This document shows, piece after piece, positions 33,450 to 43,110 of a DNA stretch of 64,000 nucleotides. This DNA comes from Clostridium sp. (GTDB taxonomy: Bacteria > Bacteroidota > Bacteroidia > Bacteroidales > Muribaculaceae). The translations under genes were made by a program, and so were the position numbers. The first letter of the stretch is position 1. Every line of letters starts with the position of its first letter. The DNA lies in contig JAMPGR010000001.1 in assembly GCA_023663805.1 (NCBI GenBank), forward strand, positions 156,255-220,254. Reading direction: 5' to 3'. The notes beneath the pieces were generated by a model. That model had not been told where the DNA came from, ran no database searches, and was given only the letters and a program-made list of their open reading frames with translations.

Positions 33450-34412
33450 CTATTTTGTCAGGCCGTCGAGCTCGTCGTCGGTCAGAGATGTAACGGCCGC
33501 GACGACGGACCGGTCAATGCCTTTTGAAAGCATCTCGCGCGCGATGGTCAGACGTCCCTGACGCAATCCTTCGGAGAGCCCTTCGGCACGGCCTTCGGCG
33601 AGCCCTTCGGCACGGCCTTCGGCGAGACCTTCGGCACGCCCCTCGGCGAGTCCTTCGAAACGTCCTTCGTTCTTTGCGGTTTCGATCATGTTATGTGCGC
33701 TGTTGACACTTTCGAGGTGGCGATAGTAGGCTTCCCGCTCGTTATCGGAGAGCCTGTCGACGCGCATCTTCTCGCGGGCGGCATCGAGACCGGGAGCATC
33801 GCTGTCGTCGTGGACGACCCCTTTCGACAGGAAGTACATCCACTGGTCGATCGGCGTTTTCGACCAGCGGTCGAAGTCTCCGGCCAGAAGAATGTAATAC
33901 TCGGGGTAGACGTCGGAGATTGTCTGGGCCTGGTATTTGAATTTCCAGTTCTCGGTCATCCTGATCGGATCGCCGTTGTGGATGCCGCGAAATTCGGTTG
34001 TCCCGCGGTAGATGTAGTCGGTATTGTTGGCGATGTTGAAGTAAACGAGGCTGATGCTGTAGATTTTGTCGATTTTGCCGTAGTTGTCGCCCCGGTTGAT
34101 ATAGTCGTTGATGATTTTCGAGGTTCCGAAAAGTATACGGTGGAAAAATTCATCCTCGCTATGGTTCTGGACCTCAATAAGGATTTTCCGGCCGCGGTAG
34201 TCCTTGGCGAGCAGGTCGACACGGTTCAGTTTCCCATCCTCGCGGTCGACGTTCCCCTCGCTTTCGAGGAGTTCCACGATAACGATCTCTTCGCCGAGCA
34301 ACGAGGTCAGGAAACCTTCGAGGACATTGAAGTTCGCCTTGTCGCGCAGCAGGCGCTTCATAGCCCAGTCGAAACGTATCAGTCTGTCGTCGGTCTTTCG
34401 GTTCGTTGCCAT
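33450..34412 (-). CDS. Rpn-family PD-(D/E)XK nuclease (PDDEXK_2), copy 1
   Basis: RFDWAMKRLLRDKANF..LEGFL, NRVDL...ILIEVQ, IYSISLVYF, PEYYIL and (R/L)AEG repeats. TATATTTG element at 34447-34440. Confidence 0.92.
   Translation of the reverse strand: MATNRKTDDRLIRFDWAMKRLLRDKANFNVLEGFLTSLLGEEIVIVELLESEGNVDREDGKLNRVDLLAKDYRGRKILIEVQNHSEDEFFHRILFGTSKIINDYINRGDNYGKIDKIYSISLVYFNIANNTDYIYRGTTEFRGIHNGDPIRMTENWKFKYQAQTISDVYPEYYILLAGDFDRWSKTPIDQWMYFLSKGVVHDDSDAPGLDAAREKMRVDRLSDNEREAYYRHLESVNSAHNMIETAKNEGRFEGLAEGRAEGLAEGRAEGLAEGRAEGLSEGLRQGRLTIAREMLSKGIDRSVVAAVTSLTDDELDGLTK
33568..33651 (-). repeat. Seven 12-nt tandem units encoding AEG(L/R) repeats
   Basis: CCTTCGGNNNNN units read directly from the sequence. 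Confidence 0.9.
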
Positions 34413-34545
34413 ATTCAATTCTGTTTTGATTTTCAATTGCAAATATAACACATTTATCCCGAATCATCCTCCTCGTCGTCAAAAAAAATTTGGATGATCC
34501 GGAGGGAATGTGTAATTTCGCACTTTCTTTTTATCAATATCTTCT

Positions 34546-35958
34546 ATGGGAGGTTTCTTTGGAGCGGCTGAAAAGACAAGTTGCCGCAATGATTTGTTTT
34601 ATGGCGTTGACTATCATTCTCATCTCGGAACCCGTCGCGCCGGCATGGTTACATATGACGAGGAGGCAGGCATGTTCTGCCGCTCGATCCACAGTATCGA
34701 AAGTACCTATTTCCGGACAAAATTCGAACACGAACTGTCGAAATTCAAAGGAAACATCGGTATCGGCGTGATCAGCGACAACGACCCCCAGCCAATCGTC
34801 ATCAATTCCCACCTCGGAAAATATGCGATCGTCACGGTCGCCAAAATCAACAACATCGACGAACTCGAGCAGGAGCTGCTCGGCGACGGCGCCCACTTCG
34901 CCGAACTCAGTTCCGGACAGACAAACCCGACGGAACTGGTCGCCCTGCTGATTAACAAGGGACGAACCTTCGCCGAAGGAATCGCCTATATGCAGGCGCG
35001 CATCGAGGGCTCCTGCTCGCTGCTGATTCTGACAGAAAAGTCGATAATCGCCGCGCGCGACCGTCTCGGCCGTACGCCCGTCATCCTCGGACAGAAGGAG
35101 AACGGCTATGCCGTCGCTTCGGAATCGACGGCGTTCCCGAACCTCGATTTCGAGACCCTCCGCGACCTCGGTCCCGGCGAGATCGTCGAATTCTCGGCTG
35201 AAACCGGTGTGTCGCAGTTGAAGGCTCCCGGCGAAGAGATGCAGGTATGCTCCTTCCTCTGGGTCTACTACGGCTTCCCGACCTCGACCTACGAGGGCCG
35301 CAACGTCGACGAGATGCGTTTCGCTTCGGGAGAGGCTATGGGGCGGTCTGATGAATCAGAGGTCGATTGTGTCGCCGGTATCCCTGACTCGGGTGTCGGA
35401 ATGGCCCTGGGTTATGCCGCCGGAAAAGGTGTCCCCTACCACCGCTGCATCTCGAAGTACACCCCGACATGGCCACGCAGTTTCACCCCCTCGGAGCAGT
35501 CGCGCCGTTCGCTGGTTGCGAAGATGAAACTCGTTCCGAACCGGGCGATGCTTCGCGGGAAGCGCGCGCTGTTTTGCGATGACTCGATTGTGCGCGGAAC
35601 GCAGTTGAACGACAACGTCACATGCCTCTATGACTGCGGTGCGCGCGAGGTTCATATGCGCATAGCCAGTCCCCCGCTAATCTACGGCTGCAAATATATC
35701 GGTTTTACGTCGTCGAAATCCGATATGGAACTGCTGACGCGCCGAATCATCGAGGAACTCGAAGGTGACCCGAACAAGGACCTCGACAAATATGCGACAA
35801 CCGGAACTCCCCAGTATAAAGCGATGGTCGAGAAAATTCGCGAACGCTACGGCCTGACCTCGCTGAAGTTCACTCCGATCGAAGTTATCGTCGAAGCGAT
35901 CGGCCTCCCGAAAGAGCGGATCTGCACACACTGCTTCGACGGCTCGAGCCACTATTGA
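34546..35958 (+). CDS. purF: Amidophosphoribosyltransferase, lacking the N-terminal catalytic Cys
   Basis: ARDRLGRTP, VASES, DLGPGEIV, CSFLWVYYG, AGIPDSG, DDSIVRGTQ, VHMRIASPP and CTHCFDG; starts MGGFFG. Confidence 0.9.
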   Translation: MGGFFGAAEKTSCRNDLFYGVDYHSHLGTRRAGMVTYDEEAGMFCRSIHSIESTYFRTKFEHELSKFKGNIGIGVISDNDPQPIVINSHLGKYAIVTVAKINNIDELEQELLGDGAHFAELSSGQTNPTELVALLINKGRTFAEGIAYMQARIEGSCSLLILTEKSIIAARDRLGRTPVILGQKENGYAVASESTAFPNLDFETLRDLGPGEIVEFSAETGVSQLKAPGEEMQVCSFLWVYYGFPTSTYEGRNVDEMRFASGEAMGRSDESEVDCVAGIPDSGVGMALGYAAGKGVPYHRCISKYTPTWPRSFTPSEQSRRSLVAKMKLVPNRAMLRGKRALFCDDSIVRGTQLNDNVTCLYDCGAREVHMRIASPPLIYGCKYIGFTSSKSDMELLTRRIIEELEGDPNKDLDKYATTGTPQYKAMVEKIRERYGLTSLKFTPIEVIVEAIGLPKERICTHCFDGSSHY

Positions 35959-35970
35959 TTCCCAATCCAT

Positions 35971-36005
35971 AAAAAGCCTGACCCCTCGCGGAGTCAGGTT
36001 TTTTT
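35971..36005. terminator. Bidirectional terminator between purF and the antiporter
   Basis: AAAAAGCCTGAC-loop-GTCAGGTTTTTT, flanked by A and T runs. Confidence 0.8.
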
Positions 36006-37286
36006 CCGGCCGTCGGCCAGAATCGAAAAAAGAACCATCGCGCCAAGGATTACGGGATAGTAGAGGTAGCGTAACGGCGCGACTGGTGTGATGCCTGCCA
36101 GCGACGTCGCAAGCAGAGTCTGCGCTCCGTAGGGAATCAGACTCTGGACGATACAACTCGAGGTGTCGAGCAGACTCGCCGACTTTCGCGGGGAGATTCC
36201 GAAACGCGTCGAGATGTTCTTCGCGAGCGATCCGACGGTTATGATCGCGATGGTGTTGTTGGCCGTGCACAGATTGACCATCCCGACGAGCAGAGCGATG
36301 CAGAACTGCGCTCCGCGGCGACCGCTGACGCGACGGGTCATAACCGAGAGAAGCCAGTCGATTCCCCCCATGCCTTTGATAAGTCCGAGCATGCCGGTTG
36401 CCAGCAGAGTGATGATTATCAGTCCGCCCATCCCCTCGATTCCGCTACCCATGTATCCGACAAGGTCGAACAGCGGCAGGTGGCAGAGAAAAACCGCCAG
36501 AATAACAGCCGATGCGATTCCGAGTGTCAGAACGATTGTCACGTTGATCCCCGCGACCGCTGCGGCGATGATGACAAGATAGGGGATGATTAGCCAGGGC
36601 GACTGTGTGTCGCTGCAAAGCGAAACAGAAACCGAATGTCCGAGGATGAAGTATAGCGCGAGTGTCAGTATCGCCGCCGGCAGGGCAATCCAGAGATTCG
36701 CCCGGAATTTGTCGCGCATGTCACATCCCTGGGTTCTCGTTGCTGCGATTGTTGTGTCGGAGATGAACGACAGATTGTCGCCGAAGAACGCGCCGCCGAG
36801 GACGACAGCGACAAAGAAAGCAACGTTCCCGCCCGAATCGACCGCCAGGGTCGAGGCCAGCGGCGTCAGCGCGACGACAGTTCCGACCGAAGTCCCGATC
36901 GAAAGCGAGATGAAGCAGGCAGTTGCGAACAGTCCCGGAACTACGAGCGACGGCGGAAGCCAGCGGAGGGTGAATTCGACCGTTGCGTCGACAGCCCCGA
37001 TCCCTTTGGCGAGCGCCGAAAACGCCCCGGCGAGAATGAAGACCCACAGCATGTACATGACGCTCGTGTTTCCGGCGCTGCGGGAAAACAGATCGATTCG
37101 CCCTGCCAGAGGGATTCCACGGTATATCGCAACTCCCCAGACCGACGCAATCAGCATCGCGACCGAGATAGGAAATTTGTAGAAATCCCCGACGGCGACC
37201 GACACACCGAGGTAGAGTATCATGAAAACAAGGATTGGCGAAAGGGCCGTCATTCCCTTTCGGGAAGATATTGTGTCGTTCTCCAT
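35994..37286 (-). CDS. NhaC-family (IT superfamily) antiporter/transporter
   Basis: FILAGAF, ISLSIGTSVGT, GGAFFGDNLSFISDTTIAATRTQG, ANNTIAI and PYGAQ. Confidence 0.88.
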   Translation of the reverse strand: MENDTISSRKGMTALSPILVFMILYLGVSVAVGDFYKFPISVAMLIASVWGVAIYRGIPLAGRIDLFSRSAGNTSVMYMLWVFILAGAFSALAKGIGAVDATVEFTLRWLPPSLVVPGLFATACFISLSIGTSVGTVVALTPLASTLAVDSGGNVAFFVAVVLGGAFFGDNLSFISDTTIAATRTQGCDMRDKFRANLWIALPAAILTLALYFILGHSVSVSLCSDTQSPWLIIPYLVIIAAAVAGINVTIVLTLGIASAVILAVFLCHLPLFDLVGYMGSGIEGMGGLIIITLLATGMLGLIKGMGGIDWLLSVMTRRVSGRRGAQFCIALLVGMVNLCTANNTIAIITVGSLAKNISTRFGISPRKSASLLDTSSCIVQSLIPYGAQTLLATSLAGITPVAPLRYLYYPVILGAMVLFSILADGRKKT

Positions 37287-37475
37287 ATTCGAAAAAGATT
37301 AATCAGGGCGCAAAGTTACGATTTGGATCCGATACGGCAAAATCCTGTGGAACTTTAGCGTCGCCAGGTTCGTTATATTGTTGCTCTTGGCTTTTCGACA
37401 AATTCCTCCTGCGGATATGCCGGAACGCCGGATTTCAACTATTTAACACTAATATCTATAAAACACAGACCCTTT

Positions 37476-38870
37476 ATGACATCCACACCCCTCCCTGTCA
37501 ACCCCGAAGGCTCCCTCCTGAAGGGTGTCCGCGGCCAGGTTCTGACATTCAAGGCCGATCCCTTCCTCTATAACGAGGAGAAATGCTACGACTTCTACCC
37601 CGATGGTCTAGTCGTCATTCAGGACGGACACATTCTCGATGTCGGCAGTAACGACGATCTGGCGCCGAAATATCCTTCTCTGAAGGATGTCGACACTTAT
37701 ACCGACGCCGTTATCCTTCCGGGCTTCATCGACTGTCATGTCCATTATGTCCAGTCGCCCATGATCGGATCGTTTGGCGACACGCTCCTGCAGTGGCTCA
37801 ATCAGTACACCTTCCCGACTGAAGCCAAATTCCGCGACCGGAAGTTCGCCGATGATGTCGCCCGGATCTTCTTCCGACAGTTGCTCGAACAGGGAACGAC
37901 GACGGCCAATGTCTTCGCGACGTCGTTTCCCGAGTCGGTCGATGCCTTCTTCGAGGAATCTGAGCGCTACAACACCCGGATGATTTCCGGAAAGGTCCTG
38001 ATGGACCGGAACGTCCCCGACGACCTGATCGACCGGAGCGCCGAAGAATCGATCATCGAAACGGAGAAACTACTGAAAAAGTGGCACCACCGCGGCCGCC
38101 AGCTCTACGCAATCATACCCCGCTTCGCGCCGACCTCGACTCCGAGGCAACTCCAGCTCGCCGGCGAACTCTACCAGCGCTACATCGACCAGGGAGTCTA
38201 TATGCACACCCATCTCGACGAAGTCCAGAGCGAAATCGACTGGGTCACACAGCTCTTCCCCGACCAGCCGAACTACACCGAAGTATACCGCCACTTCGGA
38301 CTCGTCGGCCCGCGCTCGGTCATGGCCCACTGCTGTATCGTCCGCGAGGAGGAGTGGCAGACGCTCCACCGCTGCCAGTGTGGTGTCGCCCACTGCCCGA
38401 GCTCGAACCTTTTCCTCGGCGACGGTGAGTTCAAATACTGGGAGGCTAAGAAACCGGAGCGCCCCGTGCGTGTCGGGATGGGCACGGATGTCGGCGGCGG
38501 AACGAACTTCTCGATACCCCGCCAGCTGAACGAGGCCTATAAAGTCGCGATGCTGAATATGAAAAATCTCGACGCTGTCCGGAGTTTCTATCTTGCGACC
38601 CGCGGAGGCGCCGAAGCCCTCCATCTCGAGAACACGATCGGGAGCATCGCCCCGGGCTGCGAAGCCGATATCGCCGTCCTGACCCTGAAGGCCTCGGAAT
38701 TCACTGCCTGGCGCATGCAGTTCGCAAAGACGATATTCGAGAAACTGTTCGTCCTGATGACCCTCGGGCTGAACAACGTCAATATCGCGACCTATGTCGC
38801 CGGCCGGAAAGTCTATGACCGAAGCCGTGAGAAAACCCATATGTACGCCTCCGAACTCGCCGACGCCTAA
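37476..38870 (+). CDS. guaD: Guanine deaminase (amidohydrolase superfamily)
   Basis: LPGFIDCHVHY.Q, LLQWLNQYTFPTE, GKVLMDRN, YAIIPRFAPTS, HTHLDE, AHCPSSNLFLG and GTDVGGGT. Confidence 0.92.
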   Translation: MTSTPLPVNPEGSLLKGVRGQVLTFKADPFLYNEEKCYDFYPDGLVVIQDGHILDVGSNDDLAPKYPSLKDVDTYTDAVILPGFIDCHVHYVQSPMIGSFGDTLLQWLNQYTFPTEAKFRDRKFADDVARIFFRQLLEQGTTTANVFATSFPESVDAFFEESERYNTRMISGKVLMDRNVPDDLIDRSAEESIIETEKLLKKWHHRGRQLYAIIPRFAPTSTPRQLQLAGELYQRYIDQGVYMHTHLDEVQSEIDWVTQLFPDQPNYTEVYRHFGLVGPRSVMAHCCIVREEEWQTLHRCQCGVAHCPSSNLFLGDGEFKYWEAKKPERPVRVGMGTDVGGGTNFSIPRQLNEAYKVAMLNMKNLDAVRSFYLATRGGAEALHLENTIGSIAPGCEADIAVLTLKASEFTAWRMQFAKTIFEKLFVLMTLGLNNVNIATYVAGRKVYDRSREKTHMYASELADA

Positions 38871-38893
38871 CAACCTGAAAACAACTGACCGCT

Positions 38894-40138
38894 ATGTCAA
38901 ACACAAGCATACCCGCGGGAGGTCTCTCCCGCAGCCCGCGCTACCGTCTCGGAGGCGCGATGGCCTGGACAGTCTGGATCCTCGCAACTGTCTTCGTTAT
39001 CTATCTCTTTAACATCCAGACAATGTTCTCCGACGTCCAGGGGGATATCCAGAAAGCCCTGAACCTCGACCTGAGCCACCTGACGATGATCGCCGCGACC
39101 TATACGTGGGCCTTCGCGATTTTCCAGTTCTTCGGCGGCGCCTTTCTCGACTGCTTCGGTTCGAGGCGCGTGATGATCCCGGCGTTCATCTTCGTGACGG
39201 CCGGTGTGTTTCTCTATGGATTCGCTGCATCCTACACCGCGATCCTCCTCGCCCAGGTCCTGATGGCGCTTGGCGCATGCTGCGGATTCGTCGGTGCCGG
39301 ATATATCGGCGGCGTATGGTTCGGGATGGCCGCCTACGGAACGATGTTCGGCTATGTCCAGACCCTCTCGTCGGTAGGGTCGGCAGTCCAGCAGCCGATT
39401 ATCGAGAAACTGCTCCAGAACATGACCTACGACCACCTCTTCATATGGCTCGGATTCCTCGGTGTCATCCTCGTTGTCCTCGCCCTTATCTTTATGCGCA
39501 ACCCCGAGCCGGTTCCGGCCCGGAACAATCCGTTCAAGGTCGTCGGTAACAACCTGCTGCAGATCTTCAGGAAACCGCAGATGTGGATTGCCGCTGTATG
39601 GGGCGGAATCATCTTTGGCCTGAACCTGGCGCTCGGCGTCGTCTGGACCCCGAAGATCTTCGCCCACTTCGGCTACGAAAGTTCGGGCTATATCGGGACA
39701 GCGCTTCTCTGGCTCGGTCTCGCCGCCGGATCCTGCTTCTGGCCACAGTGGAGCAACCGGATCGCCAGCCGTAAGATACCCTCGGTCATCGGTTCGATAA
39801 TGATAATCGCCGGGCTTGTGTTGGTTATCTATGTCGGGATGCCGATGTGGCTGATGAGTGTGATGATGTTCCTGATCGGTATGGGTGCAACGGCCCATAT
39901 GCTCGCCTTCAGTGTCGGCGGCGACGTTGCCGGAGGACCCCTGGTCGGCACCTCGAGCGCCTTCCTGAACGGTATTATGTTTATCTTCGGCGGAGTGCTC
40001 CAGAATATCCCGTCACACCTCAGTGCATCCGGCCACGGCTTCCAGACGATGTTCCTCCCCTATGTCATAGCCGCCGTAATCGCCTTGATCTTTGTCTTCA
40101 TCCAGCGCGAGACCGCCCCGAAACCGGCAGGCAGGTGA
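38894..40138 (+). CDS. MFS transporter
   Basis: About 12 TM segments; motif A GGAFLDCFGSRR; second-half WSNRIASRK. Lies 23 nt after guaD. Confidence 0.9.
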   Translation: MSNTSIPAGGLSRSPRYRLGGAMAWTVWILATVFVIYLFNIQTMFSDVQGDIQKALNLDLSHLTMIAATYTWAFAIFQFFGGAFLDCFGSRRVMIPAFIFVTAGVFLYGFAASYTAILLAQVLMALGACCGFVGAGYIGGVWFGMAAYGTMFGYVQTLSSVGSAVQQPIIEKLLQNMTYDHLFIWLGFLGVILVVLALIFMRNPEPVPARNNPFKVVGNNLLQIFRKPQMWIAAVWGGIIFGLNLALGVVWTPKIFAHFGYESSGYIGTALLWLGLAAGSCFWPQWSNRIASRKIPSVIGSIMIIAGLVLVIYVGMPMWLMSVMMFLIGMGATAHMLAFSVGGDVAGGPLVGTSSAFLNGIMFIFGGVLQNIPSHLSASGHGFQTMFLPYVIAAVIALIFVFIQRETAPKPAGR

Positions 40139-40287
40139 CTTCGGTGTAACAGACCGGAAAAGTTTATCGGACTCCGGGTTGCGCGCGAATCAGCGGGCGG
40201 CCCGGAGTCTGTTCTATATATAATAAGGTGTGGGGTCGTAGCGGGGTTCAAAAAACGGTGCGTTAACAAAAAAAAAGAGTGAAAAGT

Positions 40288-40318
40288 TTTGTGGATTCAA
40301 AAACAAGTTGTAACTTTG
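40288..40318 (+). promoter_or_regulatory. Promoter of the tRNA-tuf operon
   Basis: TTTG (40288-40291), 19 nt, TAACTTTG (40311-40318). Confidence 0.85.
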
Positions 40319-40362
40319 CACCGCAATTGAGACCAAGCGTGGTCCGCCAAAGGTTGCAAGAT

Positions 40363-40436
40363 GCCTCTTTAGCTCAGTTGGCCAGAGCACGTGATTTGTA
40401 ATCTCGGGGTCGTTGGTTCGAATCCGACAAGAGGCT
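40363..40436 (+). tRNA. tRNA-Thr(TGT)
   Basis: GCCTCTT...AAGAGGC acceptor stem, TTTGTAA anticodon loop, GGTTCGAATCC. Confidence 0.95.
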
Positions 40437-40493
40437 CAAAAAAGTATATTATTGAGATATCAACTTGTTCCGGCTAGCCGGAGCGATAATTCA

Positions 40494-40576
40494 GGGCGAA
40501 TACCAGAGTGGCCAAATGGGGCAGACTGTAAATCTGCTGGTTTATACCTTCGGTGGTTCGAATCCATCTTCGCCCA
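40494..40576 (+). tRNA. tRNA-Tyr(GTA)
   Basis: GGGCGAA...TTCGCCC acceptor stem, GCAGACTGTAAATCTGC, long variable arm. Confidence 0.96.
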
Positions 40577-40585
40577 CAAATAAAC

Positions 40586-40658
40586 GCGGAAGTAGCTCAG
40601 TTGATAGAGCATCAGCCTTCCAAGCTGAGGGTCGCGAGTTTGAGCCTCGTCTTCCGCT
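40586..40658 (+). tRNA. tRNA-Gly(TCC), followed by encoded CCA
   Basis: GCGGAAG...CTTCCGC acceptor stem, TCAGCCTTCCAAGCTGA anticodon arm. Confidence 0.96.
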
Positions 40659-40665
40659 CCAGATT

Positions 40666-40737
<72 letters not shown>

Positions 40738-40830
40738 CAGATACAGGTAGCCTCGATAGTGTATCCATATGCTGTCGTGGCTTCTGTCGGAAAAAGAGTT
40801 AATTAACAAAAAACAGATAATAGCAAAGTT

Positions 40831-42015
40831 ATGGCTAAAGAGAAATTCGAAAGAACCAAACCGCATGTTAACATCGGTACCATCGGCCACGTCGACCATG
40901 GTAAAACCACTCTTACCGCCGCTATCACGACCGTTCTCGCAAAGAAAGGTCTCTCCGAGGTCAAGTCGTTCGACCAGATCGACAACGCACCCGAGGAAAA
41001 AGAGCGCGGTATCACAATTAACACCGCTCACGTCGAGTATGAGACCGCAAACCGTCACTACGCTCACGTCGACTGCCCCGGACACGCTGACTACGTCAAG
41101 AATATGGTTACCGGCGCTGCTCAGATGGACGGTGCGATCATCGTGGTTGCTGCAACCGACGGCCCGATGCCCCAGACCCGCGAGCACATCCTTCTCGCCC
41201 GCCAGGTGAACGTCCCCCGTATCGTTGTTTTCTTGAACAAGTGTGATATGGTCGACGACGAAGAGATGTTCGAACTCGTCGAAATGGAGATGCGCGACCT
41301 TCTTTCGTCTTATGACTATGACGGCGACAATACTCCTATCATCCGTGGCTCTGCCCTCGGCGCCCTCAACGGCGAACCCCAGTGGGAAGAGAAAGTCATG
41401 GAACTTATGGATGCAGTCGACACCTGGATCCCCCTGCCTCCCCGCGATATCGACAAACCCTTCCTTATGCCTGTTGAGGACGTCTTCTCGATTACCGGCC
41501 GTGGTACTGTCGCTACCGGTCGTATCGAAACCGGTATCGTAAAGGTCGGCGACGCTGTCCAGATCATGGGTCTTGGCGCAGACATGACTTCGACCGTAAC
41601 CGGTGTCGAAATGTTCCGCAAGCTCCTCGATCAGGGCGAAGCTGGTGACAACGTTGGTCTGCTCCTCCGCGGTATCGACAAGAAGGATATCAAGCGTGGT
41701 ATGGTTATCTGCCACCCGGGAGTTGTCAAGCCCCACGACGAATTCAAGGCATCTGTCTACATCCTCAAGAAAGAGGAAGGCGGCCGTCACACTCCGTTCC
41801 ACAACCACTACCGTCCCCAGTTCTATATCCGTACGCTCGACGTAACCGGCGAGATCACTCTCCCCGACGGAGTCGAGATGGTTATGCCTGGCGACCACGT
41901 AGAGATCAAGGTCAAACTGATCAACCCGGTTGCATGCGACACCGGTCTCCGTTTCGCTATCCGCGAAGGCGGCCGTACCGTCGGTTCGGGTCAGATCACC
42001 GAGATCATCGAATAA
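40831..42015 (+). CDS. tuf: Elongation factor Tu
   Basis: [26 protein letters not shown] and NKCD. Confidence 0.99.
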   Translation: MAKEKFERTKPHVNIGTIGHVDHGKTTLTAAITTVLAKKGLSEVKSFDQIDNAPEEKERGITINTAHVEYETANRHYAHVDCPGHADYVKNMVTGAAQMDGAIIVVAATDGPMPQTREHILLARQVNVPRIVVFLNKCDMVDDEEMFELVEMEMRDLLSSYDYDGDNTPIIRGSALGALNGEPQWEEKVMELMDAVDTWIPLPPRDIDKPFLMPVEDVFSITGRGTVATGRIETGIVKVGDAVQIMGLGADMTSTVTGVEMFRKLLDQGEAGDNVGLLLRGIDKKDIKRGMVICHPGVVKPHDEFKASVYILKKEEGGRHTPFHNHYRPQFYIRTLDVTGEITLPDGVEMVMPGDHVEIKVKLINPVACDTGLRFAIREGGRTVGSGQITEIIE

Positions 42016-42050
42016 TACCCTTCGTCGAACAAGGATATAACCAATAATAC

Positions 42051-42094
42051 AAAAGAGGCTGCCGCGTCAGCCATTGCCGGGGCAGTCTCTTTTT
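42051..42094 (+). terminator. Hairpin/terminator after tuf
   Basis: AAAAGAGGCTGCC / GGCAGTCTCTTTT stem. Confidence 0.7.
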
Positions 42095-42102
42095 CAAAAC
42101 AT

Positions 42103-42175
42103 ACAGGACTAGCTCAGTCGGTAGAGCACCGGTCTCCAAAACCGGGTGTCGGGAGTTCGAGCCTCTCGTCCTGTG
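42103..42175 (+). tRNA. tRNA-Trp(CCA), followed by encoded CCA
   Basis: ACAGGAC...GTCCTGT acceptor stem, CCGGTCTCCAAAACCGG anticodon arm. Confidence 0.96.
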
Positions 42176-42190
42176 CCAAACGAATAATTA

Positions 42191-42391
42191 ATGAAAAAAC
42201 TGAAACTATTTACGGATATCGAGGAGTCTTATAACGAACTGCGTTATAAGACTTCTTGGCCGACAAGAGAGCAGCTGGTCAAGAGTGCGATCATAGTGTT
42301 GATAGCTTCCATCATCATCGCTATTATCATTTTCTGTATGGACCAGATTGTCGATAACTTCATGCATTTGATCTATAAGCTCGGAAACTAA
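42191..42391 (+). CDS. secE: Preprotein translocase SecE
   Basis: ESYNELRYKTSWP followed by a single TM helix; located between tRNA-Trp and nusG. Confidence 0.93.
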   Translation: MKKLKLFTDIEESYNELRYKTSWPTREQLVKSAIIVLIASIIIAIIIFCMDQIVDNFMHLIYKLGN

Positions 42392-42420
42392 TTCCGAAAA
42401 CCTCGCAATCAAAGTAAGCA

Positions 42421-43023
42421 ATGGCAAGTAAAACTAAAGAACCGAAGGCAGAGACCGAGAAGAAGAACGAGGCGCCGAAACGCGGCTGGTATGTACTTCG
42501 CGCAATTTCCGGAAAGGAAGCGAAAGTGAAGGAAGTGCTGGACGCGGCGATTCGTAACACTGATCTCGGAAAATATCTCTTCCAGGTTCTCATTCCTACT
42601 GAGAAAGTGCTGGTTGTGCGTAACGGAAAAAAGGTTGTTAAAGAACGCAATCTTTATTCCGGTTACGTTTTTATAGATGCGATTCTTCACGGCGAGGTTA
42701 TGTATGAACTCGTCAACACGACAAATGTGATCGATTTCCTCAAGGGGAAAGGCAAGGACGCCAAGCCCGAGCCGCTCCGCGAATCTGAAGTCATGAGAAT
42801 GCTCGGAAAAGCCGATGAGTTCAACGAGGTTCTTGACGACGGAACGAACGATTACATTGTCGGTGAATCGGTGAAGGTCAATTTCGGACCGTTCACCGGC
42901 TTCACCGGAATCATCGAAGAGGTGAATCGTGAGCGGAAGAAACTGAAGGTAATGGTCAAGATATTTGGCCGCAAGACTCCTCTCGAGTTGGAAAATTCGC
43001 AGGTAGAGCGTGTCAAGGACTGA
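42421..43023 (+). CDS. nusG: Transcription factor NusG
   Basis: WYVLRAISGKE, YSGYVFI, KOW GPF.GF.G.I.EV and VKIFGRKTPLEL. Confidence 0.97.
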   Translation: MASKTKEPKAETEKKNEAPKRGWYVLRAISGKEAKVKEVLDAAIRNTDLGKYLFQVLIPTEKVLVVRNGKKVVKERNLYSGYVFIDAILHGEVMYELVNTTNVIDFLKGKGKDAKPEPLRESEVMRMLGKADEFNEVLDDGTNDYIVGESVKVNFGPFTGFTGIIEEVNRERKKLKVMVKIFGRKTPLELENSQVERVKD

Positions 43024-43110
43024 CAATCGCTGTTGGTTACGAAGCAGAGAAAAATCAGAAACGGAAACACGCAGTATAAAAACACCAATATCTAAAATTT
43101 CAGATTAAAA

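Noticed and set aside
33450-34412. Rpn genes as active IS transposases
   Set aside because: No terminal inverted repeats or target duplications are visible, and the family has not been shown to transpose; kept as nuclease/defence candidates.
34490-34771. ATG-TGT (Met-Cys) at 34508 as a frameshifted true PurF N-terminus
   Set aside because: It is out of frame by 38 nt, the following residues (NFALSFYQ) do not resemble PurF, and the bases coincide with the TAATTTCG promoter element.
37290-37475. Purine riboswitch upstream of guaD
   Set aside because: No recognisable purine-aptamer core or expression-platform terminator.
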